Assembly (NCBI GenBank): GCA_034661055.1
Contig: JAYEKO010000079.1
Span: 1 to 30,390 of the forward strand
Direction: 5' to 3'
DNA length: 30,390 bases
Source of the DNA: Campylobacterota bacterium
GTDB lineage: Bacteria; Campylobacterota; Campylobacteria; Campylobacterales; Sulfurimonadaceae
Shown: piece after piece, positions 19,439-28,093 of the stretch
How positions within the stretch are numbered: the first letter of the stretch is position 1
Layout: each line of letters starts with the position of its first letter
Made by a program: the position numbers and the translations under genes
Notes under the pieces: generated by a model
What the model saw: only the letters and a program-made list of their open reading frames with translations
Databases searched by the model: none
Told to the model about the DNA's origin: nothing

Positions 19439-20460
19439 CCCTTACACCAGCACAGCAAGCTCAAGTGGATGAGATGAGTATGGCAGAAAAGATTTCTATT
19501 TTTCTACTTCAGCTAGGTGAAGATGCAACGACAAATATATTTTCCAATATGGGTGTCGAAGATATTACCGAGATATCAAAGTATATCGCTAACAATAGAA
19601 CCATAGATAAGTCGATTGCTACAGCAATTTTGGAAGAATTTTATGCCATCATTCAGTCAAGTCAGTATTTAAGTTCTGGAGGTATGGAGTATGCAAGTGA
19701 AATCCTGCATCGTGCCTTGGGCCCTGATGAAGCAAAAAAAGTCTTAGATAGACTCTCTAAAACAATGGCAAATACACAGAACTTTGCCTATTTAGATAAA
19801 ATTAAACCACAGCAGTTGGCCGACTTTATTATTAATGAGCATCCTCAGACCATTGCACTTATTTTAGCCCATATGGAGCCAACAGCAGCAGCTGAGGTTA
19901 TTGGCCTCTTTAGTGATGAATTACGTTCTGAAATTGCAATGCGTATGGCAAAACTAGGTGATATCTCTCCATCGATTATTAAGAGAGTAAGTGCAGTTCT
20001 TGAATCAAAACTTGAATCTCTTGCTTCATATAAAGTTGAGGTAGGTGGCCCACGTGCAGTAGCAGATATCTTTAATCGTTTGGGTGCGAAGTCCTCTAAA
20101 TCAACATTGGCTCAAATTGAACAACTTGATGAAGAGCTAGCAGTTTCAATTAAAGAGATGATGTTTACCTTTGAAGATATTGTCTCACTTGATGGTACAG
20201 GGATTCGAGAAATTCTTAAAGTTGCAGACAAAAATGATTTGATGCTTTCACTAAAAAGTGCTGCTGAAGAGCTTAAAGAGAAGTTCTTCTCAAATATGTC
20301 AGAACGTGCTCGTGCTGCTTTTGAAGAAGAGATGCAGTTTATGGGTGCAGTAAAGGTTAAAGAGGTAGAAGCTGCACAACGAAAAATAGTTGAAGCGGTA
20401 CAGCAGTTGGCAGAACAAGGTGTGCTACAAGTTGGCGAAACTGACGAGATGATTGAGTAG
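19435..20460 (+). CDS. fliG: Flagellar motor switch protein FliG
   Basis: EHPQTIALIL, MFTFEDI, NMSERA, VEAAQRKIV. Confidence 0.97.
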   Translation: MTLTPAQQAQVDEMSMAEKISIFLLQLGEDATTNIFSNMGVEDITEISKYIANNRTIDKSIATAILEEFYAIIQSSQYLSSGGMEYASEILHRALGPDEAKKVLDRLSKTMANTQNFAYLDKIKPQQLADFIINEHPQTIALILAHMEPTAAAEVIGLFSDELRSEIAMRMAKLGDISPSIIKRVSAVLESKLESLASYKVEVGGPRAVADIFNRLGAKSSKSTLAQIEQLDEELAVSIKEMMFTFEDIVSLDGTGIREILKVADKNDLMLSLKSAAEELKEKFFSNMSERARAAFEEEMQFMGAVKVKEVEAAQRKIVEAVQQLAEQGVLQVGETDEMIE

Positions 20461-20462
20461 TC

Positions 20463-21236
20463 ATGAAAGCTGTAATTACCAAAGAGAAAACTCAGGCACA
20501 CAACATAGATAAATATAAGTTTAAAGTTTTAGCCATTGGTGGACATCCCGAAGAAGAAGAGGCTACTATAGCTACCTATGAAGAGCAATTTACTGAAGAA
20601 CAACCTATAGTTAGTAGTTCTAATGCTACGGCTAATCGTGATGAGTTAGTAGAGTCTCTATTGAAAAAAACTGATGATATCTCTTCAAATTTTATTAAGA
20701 TGCAGATGAAGGTTGAAGATCAGGAAACTGAGTTCAAAGCTGAATTAGAGCGTGTTAAAGAAGAGGCTTATGAAAGAGGTGTAAAAGATGGCAAAAAAAC
20801 ATTAGAGGCAGAAATTGAATCTTCTAAAAAAGATGGTCTCGATCAATTTGCAAAGTCAGTTAAGACGCTTGATGCAAGTGCTTCAGAGTTTCGTACTTCT
20901 TTAGAGGGAGTGAAACAAGAGTTGACATTAGCAGCACTTGAGATTGCTAAAGAGGTTATTGAAGAAGAGCTACATGAACATTCAACCGCAGTGGCAAAAA
21001 AACTCTCTTCGGCACTGATTTCAGAACTTAGCAGTGCTTCAGAAATTACATTGAAAGTAAACCCAAAGGACCATGGTGGAGTGAGTGAACGTGTCTCAAA
21101 TCTTGAGTATATTAAAGTTCTTTCAGATAGTGCTGTTAGTGAGGGTGGAGTTATTGCCATTAGTGATGTAGGCAATATAGATTCAGAGATAATGAAACGG
21201 TATGAACGGATTAAAAAAGCCGCACTATCAGGTTAA
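20463..21236 (+). CDS. fliH: Flagellar assembly protein FliH
   Basis: AYERGVKDG (AxxxGxxxG), LKVNPKD, GGVI..GNID; follows fliG. Confidence 0.92.
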   Translation: MKAVITKEKTQAHNIDKYKFKVLAIGGHPEEEEATIATYEEQFTEEQPIVSSSNATANRDELVESLLKKTDDISSNFIKMQMKVEDQETEFKAELERVKEEAYERGVKDGKKTLEAEIESSKKDGLDQFAKSVKTLDASASEFRTSLEGVKQELTLAALEIAKEVIEEELHEHSTAVAKKLSSALISELSSASEITLKVNPKDHGGVSERVSNLEYIKVLSDSAVSEGGVIAISDVGNIDSEIMKRYERIKKAALSG

Positions 21237-21253
21237 AGTGTTTTAGGGTAAGA

Positions 21254-23074
21254 ATGAATATAAAATCATATAGTTTAGTAGAGTTAGAAGCGTTGTGCGT
21301 AGAGATTCGTACTCGAATTATTGATATTGTCAGTAAAAATGGTGGGCATCTGAGTTCAACTTTAGGTGCAACAGAGCTTATTGTTGCTATGCATAAAGTC
21401 TTTAATGTGGATAGAGACCCGTTTATATTTGATGTTTCACATCAGGCATATGCACATAAGCTTTTAACTGATCGTTGGGATACTTTTGAATCATTACGTC
21501 AATTTAACGGAATATGTGGCTATACAAAGCCTAGTGAATCTGAATATGACTATTTTGTTGCTGGACACAGTTCGACGTCTATATCTTTGGCGGTGGGTGC
21601 AGCTAAAGCGATAAAACTAAAAGGTGAGCAGCAGAGTCGTATTCCCATTGCTGTTATTGGTGATGGCTCCATTAGTGCCGGTATGGCGTATGAAGCTTTA
21701 AATGAGCTTGGAGATCTCAAACTCCCTGTTGTCATTATATTAAATGATAACGAGATGAGTATAGCCAAGCCAATTGGCGCCATGAGCCGAATGCTATCTT
21801 CTACTATGGCAAGTCCATTTTATCAGAAACTTCGAGGTAACGTAGAGCAATTTGTTGACCATTTTGGTGAGGGTGCCCACTATATGGCAAAACGTTTTGA
21901 AGAGTCTTTTAAACTTATTACGCCTGGTATTATGTTTGAAGAGATGGGAATTGAATATATTGGGCCAATTGATGGACATAACTTGAACCAGCTTACTGAA
22001 ACTTATGAATTGGCTAAAAACATGAATAAGCCTGTTATAATCCATGTTCAAACCCTTAAGGGAAAAGGGTATGAGATTGCTGAAGGACAAATTGAAAAGT
22101 GGCATGGAGTGGGGCCTTTTGATGTAAAAAGTGGCAATAGTAGTAAAAGAAGTGCGTCAAAAAGTGCTACTCAAATTTATTCAGAGGCACTACTGCATAC
22201 AGCAGCTCAAAATGAAAGTGTTGTAGGAGTCACAGCAGCCATGCCAAGTGGTACTGGTCTTTCAGAATTGATGGAGCGTTTTCCGGAGCGTTTTTGGGAT
22301 GTTGCTATTGCTGAACAGCACGCTGTAACCTCTATGGGGGCTTTAGCAAAAGAGGGCTTTAAACCATTTTGTACGATATACTCAACATTTATACAGCGTG
22401 GATATGACCAAGTTATTCATGATGTCTGCCTGATGAACTTGCCTGTTGTATTCGCACTTGATCGTGCCGGAATTGTTGGTGAGGATGGTGAGACCCATCA
22501 AGGGGTCTTTGATATCAGTTTTTTACGTGCCATTCCAAATATGACACTTTTTGCTCCAAGAGATGAGAAATCGATGCATCAAGCAGTTGGTTTTGCTACA
22601 GAATTTACAACTCCATGTTCTTTGCGTTATCCGCGTGGTAGTTTTAGTGATGTTGATTTGCCTGAGTCACAGCCTTTTGTTTTGGGAAAATCACAGTTAC
22701 TTGTCTCAAATGAGAGTGATACTCTTTTTATTGGCTATGGTAATGGTGTTGGACGTGCAAAAGAGACTATGGATTTAATGCAGAAGGAACCCTCTCTTTT
22801 AGATTTGCGTTTTGTAAAACCACTTGATAGAGATATATTGCTTCAGATGAGCAGACAACATAAAAAATGGTATATCTTTAGTGACTCATCAAAAACAGGT
22901 GGTGTAGGAAGTGCTATTTTAGAGTTTTTAAGTGAAGAAAATATTACCAATGTTAAGGTAGTAACATTTGAATATAGTGATGATTTTATTACACATGGAA
23001 ATACGTTACTTGTTGAGGAATCATTAGAAATACGCCCGCAACAGTTGGCTATACGTATAGAAAATAATTTATGA
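21254..23074 (+). CDS. dxs: 1-deoxy-D-xylulose-5-phosphate synthase
   Basis: GGHLSSTLG, GHSSTSIS, GDGS..LNDNEMSI TPP motif, IAEQHAV, DRAGIVGEDGETHQG. Confidence 0.97.
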   Translation: MNIKSYSLVELEALCVEIRTRIIDIVSKNGGHLSSTLGATELIVAMHKVFNVDRDPFIFDVSHQAYAHKLLTDRWDTFESLRQFNGICGYTKPSESEYDYFVAGHSSTSISLAVGAAKAIKLKGEQQSRIPIAVIGDGSISAGMAYEALNELGDLKLPVVIILNDNEMSIAKPIGAMSRMLSSTMASPFYQKLRGNVEQFVDHFGEGAHYMAKRFEESFKLITPGIMFEEMGIEYIGPIDGHNLNQLTETYELAKNMNKPVIIHVQTLKGKGYEIAEGQIEKWHGVGPFDVKSGNSSKRSASKSATQIYSEALLHTAAQNESVVGVTAAMPSGTGLSELMERFPERFWDVAIAEQHAVTSMGALAKEGFKPFCTIYSTFIQRGYDQVIHDVCLMNLPVVFALDRAGIVGEDGETHQGVFDISFLRAIPNMTLFAPRDEKSMHQAVGFATEFTTPCSLRYPRGSFSDVDLPESQPFVLGKSQLLVSNESDTLFIGYGNGVGRAKETMDLMQKEPSLLDLRFVKPLDRDILLQMSRQHKKWYIFSDSSKTGGVGSAILEFLSEENITNVKVVTFEYSDDFITHGNTLLVEESLEIRPQQLAIRIENNL

Positions 23075-23800
23075 TTGATCCAATAGTATAACTCCAGCTT
23101 GTCGTCCGGTCATCCCGTTTTCAGCACGGTAAGAGTAAAATGTTTCACTTTCGCAGGATGTGCAGTGCTTTAGCGTCTCAATATTCTCCTCTTTAACACC
23201 CGCTTCTTTTAGCTGCATTTCTAAAATATGATTTACATGTAAAAAGTATTTCCCTTCTTTTTGTAATATGCTTTTTTCATAACCTAGCTCTTTAGCTTCA
23301 CAATAAATAGTATGATTTACCTCATAGCAATTTTGACAAATTGAAGGTCCCAAAACAGCAATGATTGTATCTGTTTTAGTGTTGAATTTTTGATGCATCA
23401 TAGCAATAGTGTTTTTAATAATATTGCTAAATGCTCCTGCCCGACCTGCATGAATGGCGGCAATAGCATGTGAGCTTTTATCGTATAGTAGTACAGGAGT
23501 GCAGTCTGCTACCATGACCATTAATGGAGTATTTATTCTATTGGTAATAATAGCATCACACTCTATAGGGGTTTTGAAGTTATTGATTGCATCGACCTGT
23601 ACTACTTTATTGGAGTGCAACTGTCTCATATGAATGAGATCTCCATGATTATATTTAAGTTGTGATGCGAGTACTTTATGGTTGTTAATAACATTATGCT
23701 CATCATCACCTACATGAAAAGCAAGATTATGACTGTTTTTACATGTAAATGCATGGGGGATAGAAACAGATAATAAAAGTTTGGAATTAAATAACTTCAT
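23069..23800 (-). CDS. pgeF: YfiH/PgeF-family peptidoglycan editing factor / purine nucleoside phosphorylase
   Basis: NLAFHVGDD, QLHS, VADCTPVLL, AAIHAG, GPSICQNCYEV, CTSC, YSYR, TGRQ. Confidence 0.92.
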   Translation of the reverse strand: MKLFNSKLLLSVSIPHAFTCKNSHNLAFHVGDDEHNVINNHKVLASQLKYNHGDLIHMRQLHSNKVVQVDAINNFKTPIECDAIITNRINTPLMVMVADCTPVLLYDKSSHAIAAIHAGRAGAFSNIIKNTIAMMHQKFNTKTDTIIAVLGPSICQNCYEVNHTIYCEAKELGYEKSILQKEGKYFLHVNHILEMQLKEAGVKEENIETLKHCTSCESETFYSYRAENGMTGRQAGVILLDQS

Positions 23801-23824
23801 AATATTTAGTATAGCACAAAAGTT

Positions 23825-23833
23825 TGATACAAT
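23825..23833 (+). promoter_or_regulatory. Putative extended -10 (TGATACAAT) for the ovoA operon
   Basis: TGnTACAAT 20 nt before TTG 23854, with an AAGG RBS at 23844-23847. Confidence 0.5.
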
Positions 23834-23853
23834 ATAAAAAATTAAGGTCTATT

Positions 23854-25962
23854 TTGAGTCAGTTAAGTATGCTTCCCATCACTTTAGATGGAGATAATGT
23901 CACTACAAAACGTCAAGAGATACGAGACTATTTTCATAATACGTATGCTCTTTTTGAATTACTTTTTACAATGCTTAAAGACGATTCAGTCTTTTACAAA
24001 CAGTCTGAGATAACACGTCATCCAATGATTTTTTACTATGGACATACGGCAACTTTTTTTATAAACAAGCTTATTTTAGGTGGCGTTATTACTAAAAGAA
24101 TCAACGGTGATTTTGAATCTATGTTTGCTATTGGTGTAGATGAAATGAGTTGGGACGATATGGACAAAACTCATTATTCATGGCCAAAAGTTAGAGATGT
24201 TAAAGTCTATAGAGACGCAGTAAAAACAGCTGTAGATAATCTCATTATGACGTTACCTATGACTCTTCCTATTAAACAAGATGACCCATTTTGGATTATC
24301 TTAATGGGAATTGAGCATGAACGTATTCATATTGAAACTTCTAGTGTCTTGCACCGTCAATTAGATATTACAGATGTGCAGTGCATCGATGCATTGAAAT
24401 GTTCAACTAATTATGGTGATGCTCCTTCAAATAAATTAATTAAAGTAGATGCAGGTAGTGTAAACTTAGCAAAAGAGAGAAGCCATAATTTGTATGGCTG
24501 GGATAATGAGTATGGTCAAAGTAATATACATGTAAATGCGTTTGAGGCTTCAAAGTTCTTAGTTAGCAATGGCGAATATTTAGATTTTGTCACCGATGGA
24601 GGCTATGCAAACAGCATATATTGGGATGATGAGGGAAAGAAATTTTTAGATATAACAGGTGCACAGCACCCACCATTTTGGGTAAAACAAGATGATGGAA
24701 GTTTTAAATATAGAACACTTTCTCAAGAGATTTCTATGCCACAAAATTGGCCAGTGGACGTTAATCAACTTGAAGCCATGGCATTTTGTAGGTGGAAATC
24801 TAAAAGAGATGATGTTACCTACACTCTGCCAAGTGAGGCAGAGTGGTTTCGTCTGTATGAGTTAAGTGGTTTAAGTGACGAGAATGATTTTAATATATAT
24901 CGTGCCAATTTAAACTTAGCGCACTACGCTTCTGCAACAGCAGTAGATGAGTTTGGATTTGGAGCTTTTTACGATATTGTTGGAAATGTTTGGCAGTGGA
25001 CATCAACACCAATAGATGGATTTGAAGGTTTTAAAGTACACCCTATTTATGATGATTTCTCAACTCCGACCTTTGATGGTAAACATAATTTAATTAAAGG
25101 TGGCTCTTTTATTAGCTCTGGAAATGAGATTATGAAACACTCCCGTTATGCTTTTAGACGCCATTTTTATCAGCATGCAGGGTTTCGTTATGTAGTTGAT
25201 GGCGGTGCTGTTAAGAGCGAAAAAAATATTTATGAGACCGATTCTCTAGTTTCTCAATATTGCGATTTTCAGTATCAAGAAGGCTATTTTGAAGCAGCAA
25301 ACTTTGCAAAAAAATGTGCAGAACTCTCTGTGGAATATGTTAATGACTTACAACAGGTTAAAGCTTTAGATATTGGATGTGCAACTGGACGTAGCAGTTT
25401 TGAATTGGCGCGTTATTGTAATGAGGTAGCAGGTATCGATTTTTCTGCTCGTTTTATTCAAGTTGGTGTAACTATGAAAAATAGTGGCGTCATACATTAT
25501 GAACGTCAAGAGGAAGGCGATTTTAAAAGTAAGGTTAGTGTGACACTAGAAGCTCTAGACTTGCAAGAGGTGGCAAGCAGTGTGAACTTTTTTCAAGGAG
25601 ACGCCTGTAACTTAAAAGCACACTTTAGTGGTTATAATCTGATTATGGCAAATAATCTTATTGACCGTCTTTACGAGCCAAAACTATTTCTACAAGACAT
25701 TCATAAGCGTCTTAATGATAAAGGAATCTTAGTTCTTACTTCACCATATACATGGGATGAGAGCTACACTAAAAAAGAGTTCTGGCTAGGTGGATATTGT
25801 GATGAGACAGGAGAAAAAGTCTATACATTAGATGGGTTAAAATCACTTCTTCTTAAGAATTTCGAGCTTCTAAATACGCATGATGTTCCTTTTGTAATTC
25901 GTGAGACACCTCGTAAATTTCAGCACACTGTTTCACAAATGAGTGTCTGGAGAAAACGTTAA
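23854..25962 (+). CDS. ovoA: 5-histidylcysteine sulfoxide synthase / methyltransferase OvoA (ovothiol biosynthesis)
   Basis: RHPMIFYYGHTA, GVDEMSWDD, iron motif HERIHIE (HX3HXE), FGE-sulfatase domain (YGWDNEYG, GNVWQW, RYAFRRHFYQHAGFR), C-terminal SAM MTase (DIGCATGR, QGDACNLK, RETPRKFQH). TTG 23854 is preferred over 23824 from RBS and promoter positions. Confidence 0.93.
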   Translation: MSQLSMLPITLDGDNVTTKRQEIRDYFHNTYALFELLFTMLKDDSVFYKQSEITRHPMIFYYGHTATFFINKLILGGVITKRINGDFESMFAIGVDEMSWDDMDKTHYSWPKVRDVKVYRDAVKTAVDNLIMTLPMTLPIKQDDPFWIILMGIEHERIHIETSSVLHRQLDITDVQCIDALKCSTNYGDAPSNKLIKVDAGSVNLAKERSHNLYGWDNEYGQSNIHVNAFEASKFLVSNGEYLDFVTDGGYANSIYWDDEGKKFLDITGAQHPPFWVKQDDGSFKYRTLSQEISMPQNWPVDVNQLEAMAFCRWKSKRDDVTYTLPSEAEWFRLYELSGLSDENDFNIYRANLNLAHYASATAVDEFGFGAFYDIVGNVWQWTSTPIDGFEGFKVHPIYDDFSTPTFDGKHNLIKGGSFISSGNEIMKHSRYAFRRHFYQHAGFRYVVDGGAVKSEKNIYETDSLVSQYCDFQYQEGYFEAANFAKKCAELSVEYVNDLQQVKALDIGCATGRSSFELARYCNEVAGIDFSARFIQVGVTMKNSGVIHYERQEEGDFKSKVSVTLEALDLQEVASSVNFFQGDACNLKAHFSGYNLIMANNLIDRLYEPKLFLQDIHKRLNDKGILVLTSPYTWDESYTKKEFWLGGYCDETGEKVYTLDGLKSLLLKNFELLNTHDVPFVIRETPRKFQHTVSQMSVWRKR

Positions 25963-27155
25963 TGTTTCAAACTGTAGCTAATCGAGCTAACAGTAACGCC
26001 GAGAAGTATCAATTACGAGAGAAGCTTTTTGGTACTAATGATGTTTTGCCTATGTGGGTGGCAGATATGGATATTAATACACCTCAATATGTCCTTGACG
26101 CACTGCAAGAACGTATGAAGCATAAGGTCTTTGGTTATGAGATGATGCCAGAATCTGCCTATGCAGCTCAAATAGAGTGGGTAAAACAGCGCAATAAGTA
26201 CTCTATAGAGCGTGAATGGATGTTCTATTCGCCTTCAGTTGTTGCCACAATTAATATGGCAATAAAAGCGTTTAGTGATATTGGCGATGAGGTGATTATT
26301 CAGCCTCCAGTTTACGCACCATTTCAAAGCAGCATTATAAATAACGATAGAGTTGTAATTAAAAACCCACTTCAATGTGATGAAAATGGTGATTACGGGT
26401 TTGATTTAGAAGATTTAAAATCTAAAATTACATGTAAAACAAAATTGCTTATTTTATGTTCTCCTCATAATCCGGTTGGGCGGGTGTGGAGTCGTAGTGA
26501 GCTAAAAACTTTAAGTGAGATATGTTTAGAGCATAATATTAAAATTATCTCTGATGAGATTCATTGTGACCTTATATATGCTCCAAATGTTCATACTCCA
26601 CTAGCTTCATTGAGTGATGCCGTTAGTGACATTACCATTACAATGATGGGACCAGGAAAAACATTTAATCTTGCAGGTTTAAGTATCTCTACCGTTGTTG
26701 TTGCCAATACTAATATGCGAGAGCGATTTAAAGCGGTTTATAAGAGTATCCATTTTGCTGAGGGTACTGTTTTTGGGCACATTGCATTTGAGTCTGCTTA
26801 TAGACATGGCAAAACTTGGCTAAATGACCTGCTTCTACACTTAAGCATAAATCAGCGTAAGTTAGAGGAAGTATTAAAAAAACATGACAACTTAATTACA
26901 TGTAAATTTCCACAAGGAACATACTTGGCATGGTTGAAGTGTGATAAAATGGGCTTAACGAATAAGCAGTTGCGTCACTTTTTTACTAAAAAGGCTAGGT
27001 TGGGCCTGAGCCCAGGTCTTGGTTTTGGTAAGGAAGGTGATGGTTATATGCGTCTTAACTTTGCTGTTTCAGCTGAAACAATAGATGAAGCCGTAAGACG
27101 ACTTGAGAGTGCTTTAAATAATTTTAATGTGAGGTGTATGAGTGATAAAAATTGA
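25962..27155 (+). CDS. PatB/MalY-family PLP-dependent C-S lyase
   Basis: LPMWVADMD, LCSPHNPVGRVW, ISDEIH, PGKTFNLAGL, GTYLAW, RLNFA; TAATG-coupled to ovoA. Confidence 0.92.
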   Translation: MFQTVANRANSNAEKYQLREKLFGTNDVLPMWVADMDINTPQYVLDALQERMKHKVFGYEMMPESAYAAQIEWVKQRNKYSIEREWMFYSPSVVATINMAIKAFSDIGDEVIIQPPVYAPFQSSIINNDRVVIKNPLQCDENGDYGFDLEDLKSKITCKTKLLILCSPHNPVGRVWSRSELKTLSEICLEHNIKIISDEIHCDLIYAPNVHTPLASLSDAVSDITITMMGPGKTFNLAGLSISTVVVANTNMRERFKAVYKSIHFAEGTVFGHIAFESAYRHGKTWLNDLLLHLSINQRKLEEVLKKHDNLITCKFPQGTYLAWLKCDKMGLTNKQLRHFFTKKARLGLSPGLGFGKEGDGYMRLNFAVSAETIDEAVRRLESALNNFNVRCMSDKN

Positions 27156-27369
27156 CTGGAATGAGTTTAAGAGTTATAAGCAGAGTCATATGGACATCTC
27201 TAAAAAAGATAATTTTCTTCTTTTAAAAGAGTTTATTACAAGTTACTATAATCTATCTAGCTATTTTGATATATATGATATGCTGCGTCATGATGAACTC
27301 AGCAGTATGATGCTAGAAAAACGCAATATTGACACTCCTGAAGCTTTGGAAAGGTATTTTAAACGATGA
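27142..27369 (+). CDS. Small hypothetical protein, 75 aa
   Basis: GTG start with a GAGG RBS 7 nt upstream; fills the gap and overlaps both neighbours; no recognised domain. Confidence 0.75.
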   Translation: MIKIDWNEFKSYKQSHMDISKKDNFLLLKEFITSYYNLSSYFDIYDMLRHDELSSMMLEKRNIDTPEALERYFKR

Positions 27370-28085
27370 AAAAAGTGATGATAATAAGTGGAGCAGGACT
27401 GAGTGCAGAGAGTGGAATTAGTACATTTCGAGACAGTGATGGACTTTGGGAAAACTATGATGTGATGAAGGTCTGTTCAACACAAGGTTGGGAGAATGAT
27501 AGAAAACTTGTAACTAATTTCTATAATGCCAGACGTAAAGACCTTCAAGACAAGCAGCCAAATGAAGCGCATCTGACTTTGGCAGCTTTGGAGAAAAAGT
27601 ATCCAAATCAAATTATTCACTTAACGCAAAATGTTGATAATCTTTTAGAGAAAGCCGGATGTAGTGAGGTTATTCATCTGCACGGAACGTTAACAGACTT
27701 ACGTTGTGAGTCGTGTGGAGAAGTCTTTGATGTTGGTTACACAGCACAAAATGAATATGATGCCTGTCCACGATGTGAGAGTAGTGCTATTCGCCACAAT
27801 GTGGTAATGTTTGGTGAGAGTGCTCCAGAATATACAAAGATCTATGATGCAATTGCTCAGTGCGAGTTATTTGTTGCTATTGGCACAAGTGGAAAAGTTA
27901 TCGATATTGTTACAATTGCTAGAGAGTTTGAGCATTCACTCTTAATAAATCCTAAACAAGAAGAGCATGTTACCTCTTTTGGATCGTTTGAACAGAATAT
28001 TGATGAGTTTTTTGAGCATTTTATTCAGTCAGGTGCTACTGATGCAGCGGATGAGATGGCAGAGATAATTGAGAGTTACTTGTAA
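27366..28085 (+). CDS. cobB: Sir2/CobB-family NAD-dependent protein deacylase
   Basis: GAGLSAESGISTFRD, FYNARR, TQNVDNL, HLHG, CESC/CPRC zinc ligands, VVMFGE, GTSG. Confidence 0.9.
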   Translation: MKKVMIISGAGLSAESGISTFRDSDGLWENYDVMKVCSTQGWENDRKLVTNFYNARRKDLQDKQPNEAHLTLAALEKKYPNQIIHLTQNVDNLLEKAGCSEVIHLHGTLTDLRCESCGEVFDVGYTAQNEYDACPRCESSAIRHNVVMFGESAPEYTKIYDAIAQCELFVAIGTSGKVIDIVTIAREFEHSLLINPKQEEHVTSFGSFEQNIDEFFEHFIQSGATDAADEMAEIIESYL

Positions 28086-28093
28086 CCTTGACA

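Larger units (their letters stand above)
128..26904. repeat. Highly iterated 8-bp palindrome TACATGTA (at least 17 dispersed copies)
   Basis: Copy starts: 128, 732, 990, 2408, 3581, 6151, 9743, 10762, 10846, 12273, 15016, 17693, 23234, 23740, 24527, 26429, 26897. Confidence 0.9.

Noticed and set aside
322..22778. Many short ORF-track entries antisense to or nested in long genes (e.g. 322-666, 2154-2366, 12316-12618, 18268-18660, 20112-20501, 20843-21175, 21794-22105, 22551-22778)
   Set aside because: They are shadow frames of well-supported housekeeping genes, with no recognisable motifs.
12026..23074. Mixed ribosomal, amino-acid, flagellar and dxs gene run
   Set aside because: It matches the known Campylobacterota gene order (rplY-pth-lptG-lysA-pheA-hisC-fliF-fliG-fliH-dxs).
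128..26904. TACATGTA copies as a CRISPR or tandem array
   Set aside because: The copies are only 8-10 bp, irregularly spaced and mostly inside genes, and no cas genes are present.
27366..28085. Sir2 gene as an anti-phage NADase (Thoeris/DSR/Sir2-HerA type)
   Set aside because: It is a stand-alone CobB-type protein with zinc-binding Cys pairs and no defence partner genes.
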